From positions 34,823 to 98,822 of the forward strand of contig JAQGDQ010000769.1 in the NCBI GenBank assembly GCA_030141605.1: 64,000 nt of DNA, read 5' to 3'. The notes below the pieces were generated by a model. That model did no database searches, was not told where the DNA came from, and saw nothing but the letters and a program-made list of their open reading frames with translations. The position numbers were made by a program, and so were the translations under genes. This DNA comes from Tubiluchus corallicola. Its lineage: Eukaryota > Animalia > Priapulida. How positions within the stretch are numbered: position 1 is the stretch's first letter; each line of letters begins with the position of its first letter. Positions 1-12,459 of the stretch are shown here, in pieces.

Positions 1-235
1 AAACTGACGTGTAGAAGTTAGATTCTATACTTGTAGACCAGTTACATGATTTAAAAGCTATTTACGCTTGCTTAATTTCAGTTAATAAAGTTAACAGCGT
101 GTTAAAACCTTCTGTTATGTAAACGCTTTCATCTTATCAATATCTTTGCTGCTAAACACTAAGTCTGTAACAAACCTAATTCTGCTGTATTCTTCCTAAG
201 ATTATGTGCTCGTCCTTTCAGAAAACCGTAAGTCT

Positions 236-1279
236 CTAACCGTGGTCTTTTACTGTATCCCATCCAAGCTTAATTGGATTTTCTGGTAAATTCGCTAAAG
301 AGACATTCCACACTAACAGAGGTTCAAAATCACATTCACCAACAGCTTCTTTAGCACCTCTTTGGTAATTCATTCCCACTTCTCTTTTGTTACAAGCTAA
401 TGTTTTGTTATCAGGTAAATTAGCGTACAGTGTATACAAGTTGTTTACTGCAAAATAATACATTATATAGGATGAAGGCATCGAACCCATCTTTAAATGA
501 CGTTTTCGTATCCAGGCATTCGTGATTAATCTTTGTCCTGGAATTATCGGAATAAAATTTTCATCTTTCATCACATCAAACACCCAATTGCGAAACTGAT
601 GCCATATTTCTGGAATTGGTGCAAATCCCCAAGTGCCTATCTGATGATATAGAAACACGCCTGCACTATAGCATTCTTCACACAGAGGATTTCTGTGTTT
701 TCCTGTTGTTGAAATCAAAGTTCCTCTCTGCAGTGTTATGCCTCCAATCTCAGATTTTTGATAATATTTTAACAATGCAGCTTTAAGCCATGTATAATAG
801 TGAGGAGAAACTTCCAGATCATCTTCCAAAATCAGCCCGAAGTCTCCCTTTCTTGCAGATGGTTTCCAACAATCATACCATTGCAAGTATGGTCCATAAT
901 GTACAGGGTGGACAATAACTTCCTTTCTACCGAAAACCCATATAAATGAGTTTATGACGTCAAGTGTAGTCGCTGATATTGAACTGTCATTAGCACTTCT
1001 GTCTACACAAATCTTTAGCCCAACTTCATCCTCATTATAGTGACTTGAATTAAGTGACTTTAGAAGCCTCAATAATGACTTTGGCCTTTTGTAAGTCAAT
1101 ACAACGATTTCCAACTTAAATGGATCATTTTCTTTCTTCCCCTTATTAAGCTTAGATGATCTCAAATTCAAAATTCCGCAATGAAACAATGCAAACATAC
1201 AAAAGCACACAAATGTGGCTAATCTTTGCTTCTTATTGCAAACTGATGCTTTTCTGCGCATTATTATTTTGTAAGTCAT
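236..1279 (-). CDS. Uncharacterised GT-A fold (GT2-like) glycosyltransferase, type II membrane protein, single coding exon
   Basis: The ORF is 236..1312 from a TTG; the first in-frame ATG is at 1279. It has a basic N-terminus, a hydrophobic anchor (LATFVCFCMFALFHCGIL), an N-terminal GT-A strand/helix IVVLTYKRPKSLLRLLKSL and a DxD-like motif ILEDDLEVSPHYYTWL. Confidence 0.8.
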   Translation of the reverse strand: MTYKIIMRRKASVCNKKQRLATFVCFCMFALFHCGILNLRSSKLNKGKKENDPFKLEIVVLTYKRPKSLLRLLKSLNSSHYNEDEVGLKICVDRSANDSSISATTLDVINSFIWVFGRKEVIVHPVHYGPYLQWYDCWKPSARKGDFGLILEDDLEVSPHYYTWLKAALLKYYQKSEIGGITLQRGTLISTTGKHRNPLCEECYSAGVFLYHQIGTWGFAPIPEIWHQFRNWVFDVMKDENFIPIIPGQRLITNAWIRKRHLKMGSMPSSYIMYYFAVNNLYTLYANLPDNKTLACNKREVGMNYQRGAKEAVGECDFEPLLVWNVSLANLPENPIKLGWDTVKDHG

Positions 1280-1727
1280 TCTAGATGTTAAAAAAAAACT
1301 TGCTCTTCGCAAGTTCTAAAATTGGGTGTGCTTTTCGGAATATGCTTACTAAATAAATCCTTCGCTTTAAGGTTTCCGCAACTAATGTGCTACTAGACGT
1401 ATCGCACTGGAGTAGAGAAAGAGTATTCTGCATCGAGTAGAGAAATATCGTACTGTGTTAAGTAGTTTTTGTCTTTGTTATTAGTTAAAATCCCTGAAAT
1501 AATCATAATTTTGTAGATAACAAAGTTGCATTGTGAGATCATTGAGTTGATGATTATGATGATGGTACTGATGATGAAGTGACACAGAAGCTCACATTTA
1601 ATATGATTTTTTACGAAGTAAAACTTTAGCAGATATGTGTGCACATTTGACTGTTTTCATGTTGGCCATAATACCTTACGTCACATTTTAAGCTTGAAAG
1701 TTACGTCAGATATTTGACATTGTGAAA

Positions 1728-3750
1728 TGTAAAGTGGTGTCTTTTTCCTTTTTTTCTTGCTTACTCAGTTTGTTTGTCAGTAGAATAAAAGCATTAAAAT
1801 GTTAATTGATCTTTCAGTAAGCTTTGTATTCAGAAACAGGTACACATAAACCACAAGGAAAACTCCGCATTTCAAAAGCATTAGTATCAGTCTCGCAACG
1901 TTACCAAAGTTAAGTGCGCTTCATACTCATATTGCATAAGTTACTAATTACTATCACCCACAAGGAACGCCGTCATTACAAAGATGACGTCACAGCTGCT
2001 CCTGGCCTTCAACCTAAACCCGAAATTCTTGTACAAATGGCCAGTTTCTTATTAGTACATAATACATTTTATGGCTTGCAAGATATATATAATTATTTGA
2101 TTTTGTGAAATGGATTGAGGCGTACATATGTCACAACTTAATTGGTCACTTACAACACACTTCTAATCGCAACACCAAATGAAAGCCCACATATAAGTTC
2201 CTATTCGTCCGTAGCAGTAGCCTTAAATTATTTATCTGTGAACGTTTTCGAGTCATAAGCCTCTAGAGTGCAGGATCACCTCTTGAGCTTTTTGTGATCC
2301 GGGACAGAGAAATTTACAAGATTTTGTAAAAATGTCCAAAACGCAGCCAAGATGGCCTAAAGAATCATGCCTGAAAGTTTGCCAGCTGTATCAAAATTAA
2401 GCCTTAGATTCAGATTTAATAATTATAGTTAACACTTCAACTATACTGTGAAGGCATTTCACAATATAGTTGAAGTGTTAGTAATTAAACATTCCTGCCC
2501 GTCAATCTCCAATATCCAAATTCCAACTTTACAAAGTCCAAAGTCTACTTTAGCCAAAATTTTTTGCTCATTTTTGAATACGTGTTGGAATACCTGATGT
2601 GGATTATGTAAAGACGATAAGTATTACTCATTAAATAAACTGGGGAATATTTAAGCTAACAAAACAAAAAAGATATATTAAAATGTCGGATGCTGGCATA
2701 TTTTTGGCCAAGATCAAATGGGATGAGTCACATTCTACCAACAGTGGGCTACAGTTGTCCAACTAGAATGATGCAATAGATACTATTTTGATAATCACTA
2801 TGGTTATTTAAGCTGTACTACAGTAAGCTGTGTGATGCGGTAATGTGGTGGAACTTGTTTAATCAGGTTTTTGGGTGTGGTTTGACAAGAGTAGTAGGCC
2901 TACACTGTAATAGACAAAAACTTACAGCAAGAAAAGAAACTAGCCTGGCAGAAATAAACTTGGTCAAAGTAATCATGTTTAGGGACTATCCATTGGATAC
3001 TTTTCAGAGTACTACGCCATGATGTGCCATTTTGAATTTTTGTACTACTATGCAGCGGACAACAATTGTCTGAAATGGAATTCTGGATATTATTAATCAT
3101 TTAACTATTACTGTTTGTTAAAATGTATTGCCAATGTGATATACTTGAATAAAATAAAGTCGTGTAAAATAACTGGTTTTCGTGGTAGACTTAACGATAC
3201 AAGCCTTTAACTTTTCAATTAGTCTTGAGGTAGTTGTTAAATTATTGTTACACCGTTTTACCAAGAATGGGTATATATACGCTTGCTCAAGGAATTTCAT
3301 GTGATACAGTATTTATACCTGTTCTCCGACTAAATGAATGAATAACAGTAACATATAAAAATTCACATATTCGTGTATGAAAAAATGAAATACTTGTTTT
3401 ACTATTGTAATAAAGATTGTTTTAACACTGTTTAACGGTGCTGCTGTAACGACCCAGTACAAAAAATTAGTTGACATTCCTGGGTCTGCTGGTTAGTTTG
3501 TTTATATTTCTTTCAATATTGCCTTGGTGAGACTTAACTTACTTTATTATTATTCCTATTTGTAATGCTTTGAATTATGATGTAACATTTAGCTGTTTCT
3601 CTTCTGCTAGTTTAAGCACATTTAAATTAGGTACCTGGGATGGGCCTGACCTTCACATCATTGTTTGAACTTCAGTCACAGCCTAGTTTTACCTATGCGT
3701 GTTTTACCTGTGTGACTATATAGTTGTCGACCTAGTTTTACTGCTGGATG
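1728..3750. repeat. Left arm of a ~2.0 kb near-perfect inverted duplication
   Basis: Reverse complement of 7856..9898. Spurious ORFs are mirrored: 1914..2108(+)/9521..9715(-), 2900..3100(-)/8521..8721(+) and 3118..3300(-)/8321..8503(+), each pair differing by only 1-2 aa. Confidence 0.97.
2430..2480. repeat. ~51 bp near-perfect palindrome (hairpin); second copy at ~9141..9191
   Basis: taacacttcaactatactgtgaa-ggcat-ttcacaatatagttgaagtgtta: 23 bp stem with one mismatch. Confidence 0.85.
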
Positions 3751-3769
3751 AATGATTAGCCATTTGCTG

Positions 3770-4680
3770 CTAAAATACTTGAAAAAATCGCATTTAATCA
3801 ACTGTCCTCTTTTCATATACAAAACAAAGTTTTATAAGACTATCAATTCGGTTTTCGAAAGTCGCATTCAACAGCATTAGCATTAATTGAAATAACTAAT
3901 AAAGTGAAAGGTATATATGACATGTATCGTCTTCATTTCATGTATCAATATCATAATTCACTATTTCCACCAGCTTTTCAGTCATACTTTAGCCCAGGTT
4001 CAAATCAACATGATCATTACACAAGGTATCCAGTCTGAAACTATGTACTGCCTCTTCCAAAACAAATTTAAAGAAACGTCATCAAAACAAAATGCTATTA
4101 AAATATGGTCATCAATTCCGCGTGAAATGGAATCTCTTAATCTTTATCAATTTCAAAAAGCATCAAAGAATTACTTACTACAAAGGTATAATTAGCTAAA
4201 AATTTTACTAATCCTGATCTTTAATTACTGACAAAAATTATTTTTTTCTAATGTACGCTATAACTGATGAAAATACTACGTGTAACAGATTTTTGCTTAC
4301 AAATTCGTGCACGTGTCGCCATCTGTGGCGGGAATGTAAAGCTTATAGTTTTGGCCAGTTTTTCTGTTTTTTACCTGTTAGTCACCTGTGCTCTGAACAG
4401 TCGGGTTAATCCACTTTAGAGTATATTTGGGACATTTATGTGCTTATTTTGTTACAATGAAGCTTTCAGTGGTATTAACCTCTGTTGAAAAGTTTCTGTA
4501 ATTACACGAGGGATATGTTAATTGATAATTGCTTCACTTATCTGGTGGAGGACTCCAAAGGTTAATGCTACTTCCTCCTCCTCACAGTGACTCGTTTATT
4601 TATATTTTATAATGTAACAATTATTTGTATGTATGTTATATGTACGATTTGCTGTGAAATAAATTCATAATTCATAAAAT
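3770..4680 (+). mobile_element. Degenerate 3' fragment of a CR1/L2-type LINE
   Basis: Translates to YQFGFRKSHSTALALIEITNKV (RT domain) and AIKIWSSIPREM...FQKASKNYLL (typical ORF2 C-terminus). Ends with aataaattcataattcataa. Confidence 0.7.
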
Positions 4681-5787
4681 CCAATATTTTAATCAAAATC
4701 ATACAAACTTTGTCCAGCTTGCTGATTACACTCAAGCAATATTGCTGCACTCCGTTTTACTCGGTTTCCTAAGAATAGTTGCCAAGATGTATTTAAAACT
4801 ATGTAAAATAGTTATAGTCCGGTTTGTTAGCCAAAAAAGAAGACTGGGTACAGCTTCCAAGCTCTCGTGAATTATTCTTCACGCCTTTCACACAGCGTTT
4901 TGGATATTTTTATAAAAATCTGCGTTTTAGGCCGCTGTCCCTGGACACAAAAAGGCCAAGAAGTGGCTCTGCTTTTTGGAAGCTTATAATTCCAAAACGT
5001 ACACACAATTGACACACATGTGTACTATTAGGGACCAATAGGAAGTTATGTGTATGCTTTAATTTGACGGTGTGATTAGTGACTTTGGAACAAACGAAGT
5101 GACCAAATTACGTCATCAGTACCACTAAATCCATTTCACAACCTCTAAGATCCAAAATCTATTATTAGTCCATAACTTGCAAACAAAGTCATAAAATGTG
5201 ACGAAATGTATTATGTATTTCAATACTCAATAATGTGTACACCCATTTTTGACCACTAGCGAAAACTTCTCATAATTCTGTCATATTGTTATGAATATTT
5301 ATTTTATATTTCGTGTAGTAGCCAAACAAGTCTTTCAAATCTGGTCTCGTCTCTTCTTTTTTACCAGGACACCCAGACCGTTTCAAAAAACGTTTTTATT
5401 ACATTTTTTCCAAAATTTGTGGGAAGTAGTTGCGGAAAGTAGTATTCTTCGTGGAAACAAGGTATGCCTTTATATGCCACTGCCGAATACTCTTTCCACT
5501 GATATAACAGATCTACGTTCACACTGTCTCGTTCTTATAACACCTCAGCTTAAATTTTGCAAAAAAGTGCGACAAAATCCAGCCCATGTCTATTGATACA
5601 ATTAAAACTGTAACTATTACACAACATGGCAGTTCAGTGCTCACACATTGAAAACTGTAACTTGTGATAACAAGGCTTAATATGCAATTTGATTGGATAA
5701 CAAGGAAGTGGTACTAATGGCTGGAATAATAAAGTGGCAGAAATAGTGTTTTTTAGCTCGCAAAGGCAAGGAGTGGGCTAAAATAAA

Positions 5788-6915
5788 ATGTCAAGAAAAT
5801 ATGGATTTGTTTGTACATACAGGAAACTGTTTTTTATTTGTTTCATATATCCTTGCTTAAAAAACATTTACATGGCGACTCAGCAAAAAACGATTTCAGT
5901 CAGCTCAGAAAGATTTCCGGTTGTTCCAGAATGTACAGAAAACGACACCAAACTGCGAAGAAAAGTAGATGTAGATAGCGTACTCGTCAATGTGACCAAA
6001 AATGAAAAAGTTGTCAGTATTTTTCCAAAATACTTGAATAAACTTCTCCATTCGCTGAATGACACCACGTTTTACATAACCATGGGCATGTTTCCAGGTC
6101 GGCTGGGCAATCACATGTTTCAATATGCCTCACTGTATGGAATAGCAAAAGCAAATCAGCTAACGCCAATACTGCCTGATCGGTTTCCTTTATACAGGAT
6201 ATATCCCAAACTATCTATTCCAGTAATGTCATCGTGGAATTATATCACCTACAGAAAAGTATTTCGTCGAGTTCGATTTAAGTGTAACTATAAATTTTGC
6301 CCACAATCTAGCAACCTGAGAAAGTACGTTGGAAGCAGCAAAAATATTAGTTTAAAGGGGTATTTCCATTCCTACAAATATTTTAATAAATGGAAAGATG
6401 ATATTAAAGAGCAGTTTAGATTTCGTCAAGAAACAGTTGCAAAAGCCAGAAATATTCTGTATTCTCAATTAGACATGAAGTTTAATTTTCGTAAAGGCAC
6501 TCAGTTTAATATCACGTTGATTGGAGTTCACGTTCGAAGGGGTGACATTAAGAAAACGAATTTGCACGTTCCCACAAAAGAATATTTGACAAGATCTATA
6601 TTATACATGAGAGAAAGGTATGTGAACTCCGTGTTTGTAATTATCGGTGACAATACAGCTTGGAATAAGAGAAACATGGAAGACTTTGACGTTGTTGTCA
6701 TGCCAAACACTTGTGATCCTGTAGTTGACATGTGCATTGTATCTCACTTGTGTGATCACGTGATTACAACGGTGGGAACTTACAGTTTTTGGTGTGGATA
6801 TTTATCAAAGGGAAGTGTACTATATTTTCGAGATACGTTTTTTGATAGTCATAAAGATAAAACTAGCCAAACCACTGCAGACGATTATTTCCCACCAGAA
6901 TGGATTGGCTTATAA
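5788..6915 (+). CDS. GT11 alpha-1,2-fucosyltransferase-like protein (FUT1/FUT2-like), copy A, single coding exon, 375 aa
   Basis: N-terminal anchor KLFFICFIYPCL; GT11 motifs GRLGNHMFQYASLYGIA, GYFHSYKYF, IGVHVRRGD and CDHVITTVGTYSFWCGYL; C-terminal DYFPPEWIGL. Confidence 0.95.
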   Translation: MSRKYGFVCTYRKLFFICFIYPCLKNIYMATQQKTISVSSERFPVVPECTENDTKLRRKVDVDSVLVNVTKNEKVVSIFPKYLNKLLHSLNDTTFYITMGMFPGRLGNHMFQYASLYGIAKANQLTPILPDRFPLYRIYPKLSIPVMSSWNYITYRKVFRRVRFKCNYKFCPQSSNLRKYVGSSKNISLKGYFHSYKYFNKWKDDIKEQFRFRQETVAKARNILYSQLDMKFNFRKGTQFNITLIGVHVRRGDIKKTNLHVPTKEYLTRSILYMRERYVNSVFVIIGDNTAWNKRNMEDFDVVVMPNTCDPVVDMCIVSHLCDHVITTVGTYSFWCGYLSKGSVLYFRDTFFDSHKDKTSQTTADDYFPPEWIGL

Positions 6916-7855
6916 TGACAAAAGTAGCAGCCGTAAGGGACGCAGACTGAACTAGTCGTTGGTAGGCGCTGAGTGCACTGGTTACAGTTGGTTATATTCC
7001 AGAGCCGAGCTGAATCAGTATTTAAATGTAACCAGCTGTCCTGCCTCAGACAACAGAGGCGAGGGTCTAAGTAGTCGACTCAACAGTATGATATTGTTCG
7101 TGGTGTGATCAAGAATTTAGAACAGCTCAACACAACATAAATGTTTTAACAGTAATTATTAAACAAAATGAAACAGTAAATCTTATTAATAATTGGCTCA
7201 ATAATTAAATAGTTCAGCTTGTTTTTACTATAGTAATACTCAAAGCAAAGTGACACACAAAAACAACATATTGTACTACTACGTTCTGCTATATAAAAAA
7301 GGTAGCACGCAAATACTCAAAGTCTAAGTTTGGTATATAACCTAAACATCTGAACTGGGGGCATGTTTTTAGCACTGGCAATAATATTACCAACTGATTA
7401 TGAGAGGTATCTAAAAGCCTAACTTTCGGGCCATCCCGTACATGCTAGCATTCAAAACCGAATCCTCTACTTGTGCCGTAAGTAGTCACGTGACTAGCGG
7501 AACGAATATTGCAATTTGCGTGTTGCAGTGTAGAAGTCCAGTGCTGTAAGGAGACTAATGCTTCTATCTCCAATCAGTTTATTGTCAGGCCCGTTATAAG
7601 TAGCTACAAACGAAATGAACAAGTTCAGAGTCTTACCGGTGCTGCATTGCTGGATACTTTCCCAGACACAACCACGTCTCTCCCAGAAAGCACTGTCAGC
7701 TTGCAAATGTCACGTCGTATCTAATCCGTGAATCTGCGCATGATTTTAACTCTTTTGATCACTGCCGACGAAGAGAATATTGTGAACGTTTCACCAGAAA
7801 ACTTCACTCTAGTTAAACATTGCAGGTTACCTTGGCGCTGGCCTTCCTTCTCGAC

Positions 7856-9898
7856 CATCCAGCAGTAAAACTAGGTCGACAACTATCTAGTCACACAGGT
7901 AAAGCACGCATAGGTAAAACACGCATAGGTAAAACTAGGCTGTGACTGAAGTTCAAACAATGATGTGAAGGTCAGGCCCATCCCAGGTACCTAATTTAAA
8001 TGTGCTTAAACTAGCAGAAGAGAAACAGCTAAATGTTACATCATAATTCAAAGCATTGCAAATAGGAATAATAATAAAGTAAGTTAAGTCTCACCAAGGC
8101 AATATTGAAAGAAATATAAACAAACTAACCAGCAGACCCAGGAATGTCAACTAATTTTTTGTACTGGGTCGTTACAGCAGCACCGTTAAACAGTGTTAAA
8201 ACAATCTTTATTACAATAGTAAAACAAGTATTTCATTTTTTCATACACGAATATGTGAATTTTTATATGTTACTGTTATTCATTCATTTAGTCGGAGAAC
8301 AGGTATAAATACTGTATCACATGAAATTCCTTGAGCAAGCGTATATAAACCCATTCTTGGTAAAACGGTGTAACAATAATTTAACAACTACCTCAAGACT
8401 AATTGAAAAGTTAAAGGCTTGTATCGTTAAGTCTACCACGAAAACCAGTTATTTTACACGACTTTATTTTATTCAAGTATATCACATTGGCAATACATTT
8501 TAACAAACAGTAATAGTTAAATGATTAATAATATCCAGAATTCCATTTCAGACAATTGTTGTCCGCTGCATAGTAGTAAAAAAATTCAAAATGGCACATC
8601 ATGGCGTAGTACTCTGAAAAGTATCCAATGGATAGTCCCTAAACATGATTACTTTGACCAAGTTTATTTCTGCCAGGCTAGTTTCTTTTCTTGCTGTAAG
8701 TTTTTGTTTATTACAGTGTAGGCCTACTACTCTTGTCAAACCACACCCAAAAACCTGATTAAACAAGTTCCACCACATTTCCGCATCACACAGCTTACTG
8801 TAGTACAGCTTAAATAACCATAGTGATTATCAAAATAGTATCTATTGCATCATTCTAGTTGGACAACTGTAGCCCACTGTTGGTAGAATGTGATTCATCC
8901 CATTTGATCTTGGCCAAAAATATGCCAGCATCCGACATTTTAATATATCTTTTTTGTTTTGTTAGCTTAAATATTCCCCAGTTTATTTAATGAGTAATAC
9001 TTATCGTCTTTACATAATCCACATCAGGTATTCCAACACGTATTCAAAAATGAGCAAAAAATTTTGGCTAAAGTAGACTTTGGACTTTGTAAAGTTGGAC
9101 TTTGGATATTGGAGATTGACGGGCAGGAATGTTTAATTACTAACACTTCAACTATATTGTGAAATGCCTTCACAGTATAGTTGAAGTGTTAACTATAATT
9201 ATTAAATCTGAATCTAAGGCTTAATTTTGATGATTGGATACAGCTGGCGAACTTTCAGGCATGATTCTTTAGGCCATCTTGGCTGCGTTTTGGACATTTT
9301 TACAAAATCTTGTAAATTTCTCTGTCCCGGATCACAAAAAGCTCAAGAGGTGATCCTGCACTCTAGAGGCTTATGACTCGAAAACGTTCACAGATAAATA
9401 ATTTAAGGCTACTGCTACGGACGAATAGGAACTTATATGTGGGCTTTCATTTGGTGTTGCGATTAGAAGTGTGTTGTAAGTGACCAATTAAGTTGTGACA
9501 TATGTACTCCTCAATCCATTTCACAAAATCAAATAATTATATATATCTTGCAAGCCATAAAATGTATTATGTACTAATAAGAAACTGGCCATTTGTACAA
9601 GAATTTCGGATTTAGGTTGAAGGCCAGGAGCAGCTGTGACGTCATCTTTGTAATGACGGCGTTCCTTGTGGGTGATAGTAATTAGTAACTTATGCAATAC
9701 GAGTATGAAGCGCACTTAACCTTGGTAACGTTGCGAGACTGATACTAATGCTTTTGAAATGCGGAGTTTTCCTTGTGGTTTATGTGTACCTGTTTCTGAA
9801 TACAAAGCTTACAGAAAGATCAATTAACATTTTAATGCTTTTATTCTACTAACAGACAATCTGAGTAAGCAAGAAAAAAAGAAAAAAGATACTTTACA
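7856..9898. repeat. Right arm of the ~2.0 kb inverted duplication
   Basis: Begins catccagcagtaaaactaggtcgac (reverse complement of the left arm end at 3750) and ends ...gaaaaaagatactttaca. Small indels relative to the left arm at ~7900-7915 and ~9231-9238. Confidence 0.97.
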
Positions 9899-10859
9899 AT
9901 AATTAAAGATGGCCATTCAAATAATTACAGCATGAGTTCTTGGTACCAAACAGTAACCTAATCGTAACTGCAGCTTTCACTGTCCATAAGAGTTTGTGCA
10001 CAAGATATCACCAAGTTGAGTATTCACAATTGAGCTCAAAAGTAAACTGTTACTTATCTGTGGAGTGAGCGCTCATTCCATTGGCAATCACTGCGGTACA
10101 CTCCATGGAAGGGATACCATCTCCAAAACATCGCATACCACGCTCGACAGTACTAGGCGCCTGTCCGTCCACACCATGACAACAAGTGCAGGATTGCTTA
10201 TACTGTGTAGAAGGCTTTCTCCACTCAATTGCATCACAACACATTGTCCATTAGGATAGTATTACCCAACTGTCCAGGACTTTTTCAAAATAAAACATCA
10301 GTTCAGCCAATTTCAACAGATAATTCTTAGGTTTGTCCTCAAAATTATAAACCCAACACTTTCCAGCTTATCCCCCCCACACTTCTCAATATCACAAATA
10401 ATGTTCCTGTTACTGGAACAGTTCACTACATTTCAAGCTAGTTTGATACTTTAGACATGTAACTATAGCACTATATAGGCTGAATGAGAAAGTGACACAC
10501 TCCTGCAATAAAGTAATAGTGCCCAAGTGAGGAACACACTTTCAAAATGGCCTTCATAACATGGCCATTTAGGTTACTTGTGTGGCAGGTGTAGTTCATG
10601 GGTGCCGAGACTACATTATTAAAACAACGGCAGCAAAAATTAAAGTAAAATATGCAGGTAGTTTCCATATACAAAACCATACACAACAGAGTTAGGCCCC
10701 TTCAATTGAACAAAACATTTATCATTGAACCAAGTTGCATACTATAACGTACAGATGTGGTTGCTTTAACTAAGGGGCGGACCTAGTCTGGTCCATCACA
10801 ATCTGCACTTCAGTTTCAAGAACCAAATTGAGATAATCAATCATTCGACTGGCATTTTC

Positions 10860-11120
10860 CTGGACTCAACTCCGGATTTTTTCGAAATTTTCGAAACTGC
10901 CTGTGGAAAAAACGTGTTATGGGACTCTTGGAAGGAGGGTATAGAAGAACTGGGCCACACGATGGAAACATCCACCATGAGGGGCTGTGATTTGTTGATT
11001 GGAGGTTCCATTTCGGGAGATTTTCGCTTGGAAAACAGCTGATGCGAAGCCAGTGATCTGACGTCTCTGCTTATAACCTAGTGTTGACGAAGCCTTTGTA
11101 GCTTTTACTAAAGAACTGAC
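10860..11120 (+). repeat. Diverged internal fragment of the Helitron-like family seen at 50664..51527
   Basis: ttttttcgaaatttt...ttttcgcttggaaaacagctgatgc...tgacgtc...gcttttactaaag parallels ~51115..51390. Confidence 0.55.
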
Positions 11121-11212
11121 TCACATTTCTGAGCTAATGATTAATACGTGATTTCATTCCATGCCTGCTGACGTTTAATTGTATGGCGGTCTTAGCAGCC
11201 TAGAAATGTATA

Positions 11213-12126
11213 GGGAAAAACGGGCTAATGTCTGACAAAATTTCTGTTTATGTTTTACAGTTTCGTGTTATGTTAATGGCTGATAAACTAAATAAATGAA
11301 TCAGGAAGTACAGGAAAGAGAGTTAGCTGCACAAGATGTAAAATGCTGTAATAATTAAAGCTTTGCTACCTCATTTCAAAGGCAGTGTATGGCAGTGTTG
11401 GACAGTTATCGAGGTAATGTCACACCTAATTCAGAACTTTGTGGTTATGTCGTTTAAATTCTTGAAAATAATTTGCAATGCCGAGACTGATCAGTGACGA
11501 CATGAGAGAAATGTTATTGAACAGAGTAGGCAAGCACCAATACTCCTACAGTCATTTTCTCCCTATTGTTCATCTGAGAATATTATGCACAGATTGCATT
11601 TACTCATAGCTCCACAGCTAAAGTTTCTCTTTCTCACTCTTTACATTTTTACATTTGCAGCATTTTCGCGAGCCGTTTCGATAATGGTTTCTCCCCATAT
11701 TTCTAAACGATTAAGGTCATAATATTATTATATTTCGGCAAAAACGGCCAGAACAGTCAACGTTATTTACAACACAAACGTTAATTCTGGTGAAAAGTCG
11801 GACACTGCTTCAGGGAGTTGTATAATAAACAGACAAATATTTTGACTTACAAAGTGTGGTATAAAAGTATTAGAGAAGAAGTAACTCACAAGACAGTCAT
11901 TCCTGTAGAGGCTGCAGCAAATAATTATCGCGTTAGGTCTGTTTATCAACGAATTAAAAAAAGTTAATACAGTTAAGAAAAACTTGTATTTTGGGACCAT
12001 ACAAGAAGACGAACTGTTAGGCCATGGTGAAAATGCTATTATAAAGACGTGATGTGGGTAAAAAACGTAATTTAATGATTATTAGGAAAACATAAAATCA
12101 TTGTCCGACATTAGCCCATTTTACCC
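11213..12126. mobile_element. Non-autonomous TIR DNA transposon (pogo/Tc1-mariner-like deletion derivative)
   Basis: 26 bp TIRs gggaaaaacgggctaatgtctgacaa / ttgtccgacattagcccattttaccc with 3 mismatches; TA on the left flank only; decayed HTH-start-like sequence near 11300. Confidence 0.7.
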
Positions 12127-12459
12127 AGTTAAACAAAATGTAATCTAAAATACTTATCAATTTTATAATGTAATCCAGTACTGTAAAAAACAATTCCACA
12201 CAACTGGACTAGCACAAGAAGTTGACTTGTTAACAATCTGCTTGTGCAAACAGTAATGAAACTTCCTTGACCCAAGCATGTGGAAAATGGAAAATAATTT
12301 CTGCGCAGGATTCCGGAAAAACAGAAATATGAGCCACGTCTTCCTTATACACAATTTCGAGTAATTATCAGCATGCTACTTGACTCAGATAGCGTAAAAA
12401 TGTGATAAATAGTTTAGTGTTATTTCGAAAATTGATCATTGTCTTTTTCTTCGTAGAAA

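Noticed and set aside
1914-3300. Short ORFs apparently conserved in two copies
   Set aside because: The conservation only reflects the recent inverted duplication; no coding motifs.
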